DNA of 64,000 nt from Malacoraja senta (Eukaryota). Shown here one piece after another: positions 11,031 through 22,209 of this stretch. Both the position numbers and the translations under genes were made by a program. Below the pieces are notes generated by a model. That model was given only the letters and a program-made list of their open reading frames with translations. It made no database searches and was not told the origin of the DNA. The stretch covers positions 23,376,001 through 23,440,000 of the forward strand of contig CM075988.1 of the NCBI GenBank assembly GCA_038087875.1. Direction: 5' to 3'. Positions within the stretch are counted from its first letter, which is position 1, and every line of letters begins with the position of its first letter.

Positions 11031-11104
11031 ACATTGGGAAAGAAAACAGCTTCCCAGCTGCGAATGTGGATTTTAATGCCTTAACCTCTCTTCTGTTTGT
11101 CTAG

Positions 11105-11249
11105 AAATGGCTCAAGCAAAAAGCAGTGGCGGAGTGGTGATAGTCGTCATCATTGTGTGTATTCTACTTCTCGCCATCTTGGGGGCCGTCCTCTATTTCC
11201 TCTACAAGAAAGGAAAGATACCCTGTGGTCGTTCTGGCAAACAAAGCAT
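11105..11249 (+). CDS. MCAM: MCAM transmembrane exon
   Basis: Acceptor ctctcttctgtttgtctag, donor at|gtgggt. Reads (E)MAQAKSSGGVVIVVIIVCILLLAILGAVLYFLYKKGKIPCGRSGKQS, nearly identical to the mammalian MCAM TM segment plus juxtamembrane KKGK. Confidence 0.95.
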
Positions 11250-11269
11250 GTGGGTCTTCCTTACACTTT

Positions 11270-11572
11270 AGTGTGCATGCACGAGTGTGTCTGCATTCCT
11301 GGACTGTGCGTGGGTGTGTGCTTATGCATGTGTGTGTGTGAATGTCTATGCGTGTGCATGTCTGCGTGTGCGTGAATGTCCATGTGTGTGCATGTCTGTG
11401 TGTGTGTGCGTGTGTTTGTGTGTGTGTGAATGTCTATGCATGTGCGTATCTGCGTGCGTGTGTGTGCACGTGCGTGTGTGTGTGAATGTCTATGCATGTG
11501 CGTGTCTGCGTGCGCGCGTGTGTGTACACGCATGTGTATGTCTATGTGTGCATGTCTATGCGTGTGCGTGTA
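11270..11572 (+). repeat. Degenerate (TG)n/(TGCG) microsatellite with a recurring tgaatgtctatgcatgtg sub-unit
   Basis: Direct reading. Accounts for the Cys/Val-rich and His/Thr-rich spurious ORFs. Confidence 0.95.
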
Positions 11573-12043
11573 CCTGATGGGCCTGTCTGGATGGGAGTGA
11601 GAGAGAGAGAGACAGAATGCAAGATGTTTATATGTTAATTTGTCTCGAGCACATGTTCAGACTTACACATGTCCAGATCTCACTCTGCATCGACCTGTAT
11701 AATTCTGTGTTTAGTCAACTCCCAGTTCTCTAGGGTAATGGAAGGTGATGCAAAAGACATTAAATGGCATCCAACGTTTGGCATCGTACACCCCGCGTTT
11801 ATTGTTTATGCAACATGTCTCAAGGGGATTTCTCAGCTGAACCGAGAGAGTGCTGTAATTAAATGTGCTCCAGACGCGGAGACTGGCCATCTACCCTGGT
11901 CCCCTTGCCATTGGAGACGAGCCATTTGCCCAGAGAGGGCATCTTGCACAGTAGAGTGGAGCATCGACCGTGGACTGATATCTGTGAGGGTTTGGGGCAG
12001 TATATTTAATACATATCCTGGACAACCCACAGCTGGCTAATAA

Positions 12044-12336
12044 TCCCCCTGTCCCACTTAGGAAACCTGAACGGAAACCTCTGGAGACTTTGCGCCCCAC
12101 CCAAGGTTTCCGTGCGGTTCCCGGAGGTTTTTGTCAGTCTCCCTAATGGTCGAAAGTGGTTCCCGGAGGTTTTTGTCAGTCTCCCTAATGGTCGAAAGTG
12201 GTTCCGGCGATTATTTCAAAAAATTCAAAACCGGCCGCGAGACTGACAAAAACCTCCGGGAACCGCACGGAAACCTTGGGTGGGGCGCAAAGTCTCCGGA
12301 GGTTTCCGTTCAGGTTTCCTAAGTGGGACAGGGGCA
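12044..12336. mobile_element. MITE (PIF/Harbinger-like) with about 95-bp terminal inverted repeats
   Basis: cccctgtcccacttaggaaacc...ttgtcagtctc and its near-perfect reverse complement at about 12239-12334. Flanked by taa and tca. Internal 42-bp tandem duplication at 12116-12199. Confidence 0.85.
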
Positions 12337-12499
12337 TCAAGGAGTTGACTACTCCCATGTGTACAGCCACATTACCCTGTAGTGTGCAGAATATAAAAGG
12401 TTTGTAACTCTGGTCAACGCCATTATCTCAGTTTGACCCAGTCAGTGAAGTGCAGGCAGCCACGGGCGAAGTAACTAAAGTTCTGTTTGTCTGCTTTAG

Positions 12500-12617
12500 C
12501 ACACAAGCTGAAGTCCATGATAACGTTGTCGTGGAAGTGAAGAACGACCAGAAGGTTCCCGAGGAGACGGTGCTTCTGCAGGGAGTCAATGGAGACAAGA
12601 AGACACCCAACCATCAG
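12500..12617 (+). CDS. MCAM: MCAM 118-nt cytoplasmic (long-isoform) exon
   Basis: Acceptor ttctgtttgtctgctttag, donor cag|gtatgg. Reads (I)TQAEVHDNVVVEVKNDQKVPEETVLLQGVNGDKKTPNHQ, matching MCAM VVEVK..K.PEE..LLQG..GDK..P..Q and carrying an ExxxLL dileucine motif. Confidence 0.93.
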
Positions 12618-12669
12618 GTATGGACCGGGAGATGGAAAGTGTAAGGGTGAATATGGCTTCATGTTCTAG

Positions 12670-12918
12670 GTGTAGGAAGGAACTGCAGATGCTGGTTTAA
12701 ACCGAAGATACACACAAAAAGCTGGAGTAACTTAGCGGGTCAGGCAGCATCTCTGGAGAAAATGAATGGGTGACGTTTCGGGTCGAGTCTGAAAAAGGGT
12801 CTTGACCCGAAATGTCACCCATTCCTTCTCTCCAGAGATGCTGCCTGTCCCGCTGAGTTACTCCAGATTTTTGTGTGTATCTTCGGTTTAAACCAGCATC
12901 TGCAGTTCCTTCCTACAC
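12670..12918. mobile_element. Fold-back Penelope-terminal unit filling most of the last MCAM intron
   Basis: gtgtaggaaggaactgcagatgctgg...tttcgggtc followed by its reverse complement ending cttcctacac. Confidence 0.85.
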
Positions 12919-12994
12919 ATTTCGACTGCTTGTGTGTAGATCTGGCTGCCATGATGTTAATATGTTGGCATTGTTTTCCCTTTGGTTTCCGGAG

Positions 12995-13704
12995 TGATGG
13001 GAGAGGAAGGAAGATGCGGACCTTCAGAGTGAAGAGATGTCACCAGAGCTCCCGGCCTGTGCCTGACTCCACAGGAATGACTGTGACATGAAATCTTCTT
13101 GCCTTTGACAAATGCTGCATATGCTCCTACACTGAAGCAACTCCAACCCATTCCTGGAGACCTTCCTTCACTGGAAACCACCAAACACCTTACTGGGAGG
13201 AACGCATGGCCTATCAATCTCCCACCATCAAACAGCGTCCTGATGTTTCGTTCAATGTCCATCAATGGAATCCAATCTTGCTTGCAGACTCCTACACATC
13301 ACTGCTACGCCACACCAGCAGTTACAGACGCAAAAACACCTCATTACAACAGGTCTCCTCAAAGAGAAATTTCAAAAAAATGTCTTCATTGTCTAAATAA
13401 CTCACCATGAATTAGGCTGAAATATTATACAATTTTATGGTTAACTTAGAGACTGTTACAAGAGATGATATCAATGGATTTTATTGTATTTCCTTTTTTA
13501 AAATCAACATTCCCTCCTTCCACTAGACTGTGATAAAATACTCGTGTCCATTTTAACTCAAGTGTTTTAAACAGTTCCTAGCAGATTACTGCCAAGCTAA
13601 GTTGCATTGATTTTAGTTGGTGACACAGAGCAAGAAGGACAGATTTATTGATGGGAGAGAATCTTTAGTTGACTAATTAGTTCCATGTTGCTTTGTAGAA
13701 TAAA
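12995..13704 (+). other. MCAM: Probable MCAM terminal exon and proximal 3'UTR (exact acceptor uncertain)
   Basis: Pyrimidine tract ttgttttccctttggtttcc followed by AG at 12993-12994 (alternative AG at 13002-13003). Then about 700 nt of unique AT-rich sequence ending at AATAAA. Confidence 0.6.
13699..13704 (+). terminator. Candidate proximal MCAM polyadenylation signal
   Basis: AATAAA followed by T/GT-rich sequence (actttatgtccttttgcatatttg). Confidence 0.5.
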
Positions 13705-13838
13705 GCTTTGACTTTATGTCCTTTTGCATATTTGCTGAGGCTGGTTCTGTTTCTTGGGATTAGAATATCAACCAGGCACTGGTGTGAGGTTTACTGTCCA
13801 CAGATTGCAAATTACACTCACCATGGTTGGTGATTCTT

Positions 13839-13983
13839 CAGACCACATCAATCTGAAGAAGGGTCTCAACCCCGAAATGTCACCCATTCCTTCTCTCCCA
13901 GAGATGCTGCCTGTCCCCCTGAGTTACTCCAGCATGTTGCGTTTATCTTCGATTTAAACCAGCATCTGCAGTTCTTTCCTACA
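13839..13983 (+). mobile_element. Single-arm Penelope-terminal unit with 20-bp target-site duplication
   Basis: ctgaagaagggtctc...cagcatctgcagttctttcctacac, flanked by caccatggttggtgattctt at 13819-13838 and 13984-14003. Confidence 0.8.
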
Positions 13984-15315
13984 CACCATGGTTGGTGATT
14001 CTTTCACAGCTTGCTACCAATCAGGCTTTTCCTCCAAATTGAAATTCTTCATATTGGGATCAGATATTTCTCTCAGGTGCAAAAATGAAGTGGGAATGAT
14101 CTCGTCACCATCTCTGTTCATTCACAAACACGTCATCAGCTGCTGAATTCACCAGCATAGGCAGCCCCCTGCTTCTAATGAGTGGCTGTTCTTGCATGTC
14201 CATGCATTGAAAGTTCTGTGTTTCCACACATCCAGGGTCTATAATCCATTGTCACTTCACACACTGTCCTCAATCATAAGCAGTTTATTAATGGAACCAT
14301 TTTAATTTTGTATCGTGAACTTTTACTCTTGGATAGGAATCTGAATTTTATTTTGTATATGTTACAGTAAGATCAATGGGCAAGAATGCAGCTGTCTGAT
14401 AAGACAGTGCAAGAATTACCGCAAAGTGTATGTCTGCTGTACACAAGCAGAAACCATGGAGTTGAACGTTGGGTTCTCACTGTTAACAACTTAGAAACAT
14501 AGAAAATAGGTGCAGGAGTAGGCCATTCGGCCCTTCGAGCCAGCACCGCCATTCAATATGATCATGGCTGATCATCCAAAATCAGTACCCCGTTCCTGCT
14601 TTTTCCCCATATCCCTTGATTCCTTTATCCCTAAGAGCGATATCTAACTCTCTCTTGAAAACATCCAGTGAATTGGCCTCCACTGCCTCTGTGGCTGAGA
14701 ATTCCACAGGTTCACAACTTGCAGGATACATTCCGGGATCAGGTCGTTCAGCCGAGAACACAGAAGAAGTTTCGGTCCATGTGCTCGGAGGGCCCACCTT
14801 TTGTGTGCATTGTGATCCTGGCTTAGCTTGTTGTATAATAGATTAATAAGAGTCAACTTTGCCGATTCCACTTGTTGCATTTCGCAGGCCGGGTCTGTGT
14901 TAGTCAGTGACACTGAAAGTAGTAACTCGGACTTCACCGCTCGGACAACAGATGAGTGGGTGTAATATTGTGCACACACCATCTCCGGGGTCCCTTTGAT
15001 GAATGAAGCTACGTTACGTATGTGCAGCTAATCATTATCTCACTCTGAGTGGCCCTAAGAGGAAATAAACATTATCAGCTGTGCAGCACACCAAGTTGTA
15101 TAGTCACCCATCCATAGTTCATTGTCGGGACTATTGTATTTAGTGAGGATAGAATGTCAGGGCATGTGTGCTTATGTGTACGAGAGGAGGGAAGAATCAG
15201 AGGGTTTGGTTGAAAGGATTTTTGAAAGCTGAATATTTCTCAACTCTTCAACCACTGGCTTGAGCAGCTGGCGATGTGGGATTGATAGAAGACGAGTGAT
15301 CAGATGATACTAGTG

Positions 15316-15598
15316 AGGTGGCGCAGCAGTAGAGTTGCTGCCTTTCAGCACCAGAGACCCCGGTTCGATCCTGACTGCGGGTGCAGTCTGTACGGAGTTT
15401 GTAGGTTCTCCCTGTGTGGGTTTTCTCCGGGTGCTCCGGATTCCTCCCGCACTCCAAAGACGTGCAGGTTTGTAGGCTAATTGGCTTCGGTAAAAAAAAG
15501 TAAATTGTCCCCAGTGTGCGGGGGGATCGCTGGTCGGCGCGGATACCGTGGGCCGAAGGGCCTGTTCCGCGCATATCTCTAAACTAAGCTAAACTAAA
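15316..15598 (+). mobile_element. tRNA-derived V-domain SINE (HE1-like)
   Basis: A box tggcgcagcag, B box ggttcgatcc, V-type central domain, CR1-like tail gggccgaagggcctgtt and (ctaaa)n. Confidence 0.85.
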
Positions 15599-16337
15599 GG
15601 AGTTGATCTCTGGCTAATGACCGCAGCTCATGACAACCCTACCTGCCTCCCTCACCCATTAGACTATCAGACTTCACACCCTGCAGTAATAACTCGAAGA
15701 GGTTCTTCATGGTTACAGCATCAATGGGGAGACTTTACCAATGTCCTCGAAAATTACATCAATGAGATGTAATCTATGCAACCTATCTCTCCACGCATCG
15801 TCAGACTGCTAAGAGTTCAATACTGGGTTTGTAAATTTAAGGAAAAGATAGGAGCAATGTGAAGAATCCCTGTACGAGAGTTGTCTCACTGATACACAAC
15901 TACTGACTGCAGCTCCTTGCCCACTGACCCATTCACAATGGAATCTTAAAAGATGTTATCACATTCTATATCTCGCCTTGATAACTTGCTGTTGTTTGTT
16001 ACTTGTGTTGAAACATTGCTAAGATATTGACGCTGCATTCAAGTATAAGTAGCTAAAGTTATATTGAATAGGTTTAACCTGCTGCAAAGAAATAACAGAT
16101 GCACAGACGTTCTTTGGAAGTGGAAGGGTTACCTGATTGTTATAAGTCACGTGAATTATGAATGTTTGGGACTGTTCTGGGTTTGTGTGGGTGCTTTTGA
16201 TCTTGGAGTTGGTGAAGCAATGCTGTTTTTCTTTCGTCGGCAGCTGGCTGTCACAATGAATGAGGTATCCTCACCATGTTTAAGGTGCTGTAAACCGCAT
16301 TGCCAAGAATCCCCCCCCCCACAGGTTTGCCTGAAGT

Positions 16338-16640
16338 GGGCGGCACGGTGGCGCAGCGGTAGAGTTGCTGCCTTACAGCGCCAGAGACCCGGGTTCAATC
16401 CTGACTACGGGCGCTTGTCTGTACGGAGTTTGTACGTTCTCCCCGTGACCTGCGTGGGTTTTCTCTGGATGTTCCGGTTTCCTTCCATACGCCAAAGACG
16501 AACAGGTTTCTAGGCTAATTGGCTTTGGTATAATTGTAAATTGTCCCTAGTGTGTGTAGGATAGTGTTAGTGTGCGGGGGATCACTGGTCAGTGCGGACT
16601 CACGCTTGTTCCCACGCTGTATCTCTAAACAACTAAATTA
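16338..16640 (+). mobile_element. tRNA-derived V-domain SINE (HE1-like), full length
   Basis: A box tggcgcagcgg, B box ggttcaatcc, V domain ggagtttgtacgttctccccgtgacctgcgtgggttt, and tail. Confidence 0.88.
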
Positions 16641-17366
16641 AGTGGCTTTTATCATTTCTTCCTGAGAACATTAGTAGAGGATGGTGGGATGAAAGCTCAT
16701 GAAACTCCAAATTAAATACAGGTGGTTCTGGAATTTAATCAAAACCACATCCAACCAGGACAACATGTTCAGCAAGAGTCACCCACCTATTTAAGACTAA
16801 AAGGTTTATACAGACACATGCAAAGATCATCACCTCAATCCGATGCCAAGGCAGGAGAGCAAGGTCAGGTCACTGGAAGGCCCAGTGTTCTGTGTAGAGC
16901 TGCTGCCTCACAGCGCCAGAGACCCGGGTTCGATGTTGACCTCCCTTGCAGACTGTGTGGAGCTTACAGGTTCTCCCTGTGACTGCATGGGTTTCCTCCA
17001 CATCACAGTTGGCGGGTTCATCGGCCGCGGGTTAATGAGTCAGGATAGAATCAGTGTGAAAGTGGGAGGCATAGACTTGGTGGGCCGAAGGGCCTGTTTT
17101 TGTGCTGCATCTCTCCCATCACTCTACATAGAACTGTTCAGTTTCTGGTTAGTATTGAACACAATAAGGCAAGTCTGTTCATTATTGAATGTGGCGTCAA
17201 TTCTTGTTCTCTGCAGCCAGAAGCTTCAAAGCCACCATCCATCTGCACTGTATGTTTTAAGCATTCTCTGTAAGTATGAAACTTGTACTTCGGATCAACA
17301 TAGTGAGAGTTATATCACTGTACTGCAACTGTAAAAAAAAAATGTTTTATGCGTGATTAAATGGCA

Positions 17367-17372
17367 AATAAA
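17367..17372 (+). terminator. Candidate distal MCAM polyadenylation signal
   Basis: AATAAA preceded by several TGTA elements and ATTAAA in unique AT-rich sequence (about 17240-17360), followed by T/GT-rich sequence. Confidence 0.45.
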
Positions 17373-17944
17373 AAATATTGTTGCAAATTCCATTCAGTTT
17401 GTAGTATTCTGCAGTTGAATAGAACATTCCTTTGGATAAAATAAACCAATAGTTCTTTGCTTGCAGTTGTGCAGTCCTTTGTCGTATGTGCTTGTTACAA
17501 CTTGTGAATCATCCACGGAGATTGGGATTGAGTTTGGTCGAAGTATCAGCAATTCCACCTTTCCTTCCCATCTCTGGCCTGTCCCAAAGTAAGTATTGAG
17601 AGAGTAGTGTAGGAAGGAACTGCAGATGTCCGGAGGCCGAAACGTCACCCATTCCTTCGCTCCAGAGATACTGCCTGTCCCGCTGAGTTCCTCCAGCACT
17701 TGGTGTCTATCTTAAGTCTAGAGAGAGAAAATATGCTGAAGTCTGCTGCAGAACTGGCTGTGACCTTAACGTAACCGAGTGTTGAACGTGTTCAAGGCAC
17801 AGAGCAGGCGTGGGAGAGAGAAAGGGAAGGGTGCAAGCTATCAGAACTAATAGATATGGTGTCACTAAAGGGGATTGACATCACCAAATAGTGCCAGATT
17901 TATCAATTTTTGTATATGAATAGTGAAAGTAAACTGGCCAGCTA

Positions 17945-18170
17945 GTGTAGGAAGGAAATGCAGATGCTGGTTTACACCGAAGATAGACACAAAGTACAGG
18001 AGTAACTCAGCCAGACAGGCAGCATCCCTGGATCGAAGGAATGGGTGATGTTTCGGGTCGAGACGCTCCATCAGTCTGAAGGAGGGTCTCGACCCACAAC
18101 ATCACCCATTCCTTATATCCAGAGATGCTGCCTGTCCCGCTGAGTTACTCCTGCACTTTGTGTCTATCTT
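17945..18170. mobile_element. Fold-back Penelope-terminal unit
   Basis: Inverted arms around a central cagtctgaaggagggtctcgaccc. Confidence 0.8.
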
Positions 18171-19421
18171 TAGAGTGGGAGTAATCCTACCTGTCAAATA
18201 ATCTTTCAATGGTACTTTATTGTCACGTGTACCAAGGAACAGTGACATTCATCCTTGTATATAGTTTAGTACGGGTTTCACTAGTTTAGTTTATTGTTAC
18301 ATGTACCGAGATACATTGAACAACTTCACTGTAAACCACATGTGGTTCCAAGATAAATCCAGAAGAGGACTTGGACTTAAATACAACCTTGCCACCCACC
18401 CCCCCATCTCCAGAACCCCCCCCCCCTCATCAATAAGTTCATAAGTGATAGGAGTAGAATTAGGCCATTCGGCCCATCAGGTTTTACTCCGCCATTCAAG
18501 CATGGCTGATCTATCTCTCCCTCCGAACCCCATTCTCCTGCCTTCTCCCCATAACCTCTGACACCCGTACTAATCAAGAATCTTATCTATTTCTGCCTTA
18601 CATATATCCACCGACTTGGCCTCCACAGCCTTCTGTGACAAAGAATTTCACAGATTCGCCATCCTCTGACTAAAGACGGGTCTTTGGTCAACTACAATAC
18701 TGGTAAATATTCAAGAAACAACTGCTTATATAGAATGTCAAACGACGAAACCCTTGAAATGATAACTGGCAAAAAAGCAAAGATTTAAAAAAAAAAATTT
18801 AAATCACGATAACCTGGGTATTCTCTCATATTACATGTATCATTTCTGTGTTTCCACATTCTAGTAACTGCATCTACGTATGTTGGAGAGGGAGAGAAAC
18901 GTTGTCTAAATCTTCTTACAAAACACTCATTCATCAGTGGAGTCGGCTGAATTGGTTCCGCAGGAATGCAGCCAGAACTTGCTGCCCCACAGCTGAATGT
19001 GATTCTTTCTTCCTCGTGTTCCGTAGCCCTGCAAGTGGCACCGATCCCTGCCTTTTGGCAGCCGAATGATTTTTTTTTTCCAAAGATAGAAAGTCTCCAG
19101 GTTTCAAGAATGGAGGAGTGGGAATTCAATAGACAGAATTGGGGGGGGGGGGGGGGGCTGTGGCATGGTGGTGCAGCGGTAGAGTTGCTGCCTCACAGCA
19201 CCAGAGATCTGAGTTCGATCCTGACCCCGGGTGCTGTCTGTACATTGTTGTCCCTGTATAACTACGCCACCTACAATAATGTACGACCATCAGTATTTAC
19301 AGGAGGGGAGAAGCGATTTGGGGTTAGCAAGGGGGACATCCAATTTTGGGATACAACACATCTTTACTCTGATTAGGGTTAGGTCAGATCCTACGGTTAA
19401 AATTTCACTTCCTTACTCTAG

Positions 19422-20420
19422 AGTCATAGTCATAGAGTGATACAGTGTGGAAACAGGCCCTTCGGCCCAACTCGCCCACACCGGCCAACAATGTCCCAGC
19501 TACACTAGTCCCACTTGCCTGCGCTTGGTCCATAACCCTCCAAACCTGTCCTATCCAGGTACCTGTCCAACTGTTTCGTAAATAATGGGATAGTCCCAGC
19601 CTCAACTACCTCCTCTGGCAGCTCGTTCCGTACACCCACCACCCTTTGTGTGAAAAAGTTACCCCCTCTGATTTATAATAAATCTTTTCCCCTTTATCTT
19701 GAACCTATGTCCTCTGGTCCTCGATTCCTCTACTCTGGGCAAAAGACTCTGTGCATCTACCCGATCTATTCCTCTCATGATTTTGTATACTTCTATAAGA
19801 TCTCCCTCAATCTCCTACGCTCCATGGAATAGAGACCCAGCCTACTCAACCTCTCCCATAGCTCACACCCTCCAGTCCTGGCAACATCCCCGTCAATCTT
19901 TTCTGAACCCTTTCAAGCTTGACAATATCTTTCCTATAACATGGTGCCCAGAACTGAACACAATATTCTAATGTCTCACCAATGTCTTATACAACTGCAA
20001 TATTCTATGTCCTCACCAATGTCTTATGCAACTGCAACATGACCTTTCCCAACTTCTATACTCAATACTCTGACTGATAAAGGCCAAAGTGCCAAAAGCC
20101 TTTTTGACCACCTTATCTACCTGCGATTCGACCTTCATGGAAACATGCAACTGTACTTGATCCCTCTGCTCTACAACACTACCCAGAGGCCTGTCATTTA
20201 CTGTGTAGGTCCTGCCCTTGTTCGAGTTCCCAAATGCAACACCTCGCACTTCTCTGTATTAAATTCCATCAACCATTCCTCCGCCCACCTGGCCAATCGA
20301 TCCAGATCCTGCTGCAATCGTTCACAACCATCTTCACTATCTGCAAAACCACTAACTATTGTATCATCAGCAAACTTGCTAATCTTGCCCTGTATGTTCT
20401 CATCCAAATCATTGATGTAG
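19422..20420 (-). mobile_element. CR1 LINE fragment (part of RT to 3' end), frameshifted
   Basis: Minus strand reads YINDLDENIQGKISKFADDT...LQQDLDRLARWAEEWLMEFNTEKCEVLH. Confidence 0.9.
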
Positions 20421-20453
20421 ATCAGAAACATCAGAACTAACAGATGGAAGGGA

Positions 20454-20693
20454 GACACAAAATAGTGGAGTAACTCAGCGTGACAGGCAGCATCTTTGGA
20501 GAGAAGGAATGGGTGACGTTTCGGGTCGAGACCCTTCTTCAGACTCCAAACTCCAGACTTCTGTCTGAGGAAGGGTCTCGACCCGAAACGTCACCCATTC
20601 CTTCTCTCCAGAGACGCTGCCTGTTCCGCTGAGTTACTCCAGCATTTTGTGTCTATCTTCGGTGGAAACCAGCTTCTGCAGTTCCTTCCGACA
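20454..20693. mobile_element. Fold-back Penelope-terminal unit with hammerhead cores on both strands and a target-site duplication
   Basis: Minus-strand core at about 20515-20542 and plus-strand core ctgaggaagggtctcgacccgaaacgtc at about 20565-20592. Flanked by cagatggaaggga and cagagggaaggga. Confidence 0.85.
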
Positions 20694-21639
20694 CAGAGGG
20701 AAGGGATTTAGTCATTTAGGAACTTGCTATATTATTAAGTAGAAAGGTAATTAACCGCCCACAATGTGGAGATAAGATTCAGTTTGGGAATTGCAAAATC
20801 TCGAATGTTCTATGTTATTGCAGCTGCAAGTTACTGAAGACAGACACAGTCTTCTTGTGGCATCAGATGCTGTCAGGTCACGAGAAATATCCTGACACAT
20901 TCCTTGCATCCCTGCAGCACGAGGGTGCGTCTGAGTCAGATTCACAGCTGCACCATTCAAACCAGTTGTGGGGTGAATCTCAGGGAGTTCATCCTGCACG
21001 CATCTCACTCCAGAAGCGTCGGCCAACGGAACATTTCTACGGAGAACTAAAACTAATCCTTCCATCTGCTTATTTTGTGATTAACAGGTTGGAATGGGTT
21101 TCTCTCAGAGCCGAATGTGTCAAATTACTGAGGGATATCCACGTTTAATCTGTTGTCAGTGTGCAATTTTCTAACTTTGAATTTTCAGTTGCTGAGTGTT
21201 CAACAGTTCATAAGTGATAGGAGCAGAATTAGGCCATTTGGCCCATCAAGTCTACTCCACCATTCAATCATGGCTGATCTATCTCTCCCTCTCAACCCCA
21301 CTCTCCTGCCTTCTGCCCATAACCTTGACACCCGTACTAATCAAGAAAAGTGCTACAGTTCATTGTGGCCATATATATAGATAGCCTGGCCAGCAAGTGT
21401 GCAAAGCCTTTTCAGTCACCTCCTTACACTCTCATTTCTCCCCCAGCCAACCTGATAGCGACTGTATTCACAGTTAAATTAATCGAGCTCCATCACCTCC
21501 AGTATAAACGGAGCCAGCTTAATGTGAGGTGGCACAGAGGGTAGTGCTGCTGCCTCAAAGCTCCTGTGACCTGGGTTCAATCCTGACCCCTGGTCTGTGT
21601 GCAGTTTGCATGCGACAGCATGTCTTTTAGACTTTTAGA

Positions 21640-21912
21640 CTTGAGACTTTGGAGGTACTGCGTGGAAACAGACCCTTCAACCCACCAAGCTCGTAGCAAC
21701 CAGCGATCATCTCATACACTATCCTCAACACTAGGGACAATATTCAACTTAACCGAAGCCAATTAACCTACAACCTTTACATCTTTGGAGTGTGGGAGGA
21801 AAAGGGAGCACAGGGGGAATGGACAAACTCCACACAGACAGCACCCATAGTCAGGATCGAACCGGGGACTCTGGCAATGCAAGGCAGCAAATCTATTGCT
21901 GCGCCACCGTAC
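21640..21912 (-). mobile_element. V-domain SINE (HE1-like)
   Basis: Reverse complement of the same SINE family; B box seen as ggatcgaacc on +. Confidence 0.8.
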
Positions 21913-22209
21913 TGCCACTTTTCCCAAGGTATTCGGACTTCCTCTGCACTCCAGTGATGCACGGGTTGGTTGGTTAGTTGGCCAACGTAGAACGTCCTCG
22001 GTTTGTGGGTGAACGGTGCTTGACGGCAATGTGTGGAGATGAAAACGGGAGTCGTGTGTCATGGACGGTGCTTTATGACACGGGGGACCAAAGGGTCTGC
22101 TTCTGTAGTGTATGACTCTGACAATGGACTTACCAACAATATAAAAGACAAGCTACAAAGCTCTACCACCCAAAGGTAGTACCCAACACTAACACTCTCA
22201 ATAGTAGTA

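Noticed and set aside
11097..11577. Cys/Val-rich and His/Thr-rich ORFs
   Set aside because: Translations of the (TG)n microsatellite; the real TM exon is in another frame.
12116..12199. 42-bp direct repeat superficially like a CRISPR or minisatellite unit
   Set aside because: Only two adjacent copies with no spacer; an internal duplication in a MITE within eukaryotic DNA.
16338..16410. tRNA-like A and B boxes (here and in other copies)
   Set aside because: These are SINE heads followed by a V domain and CR1-like tail, not tRNA genes.
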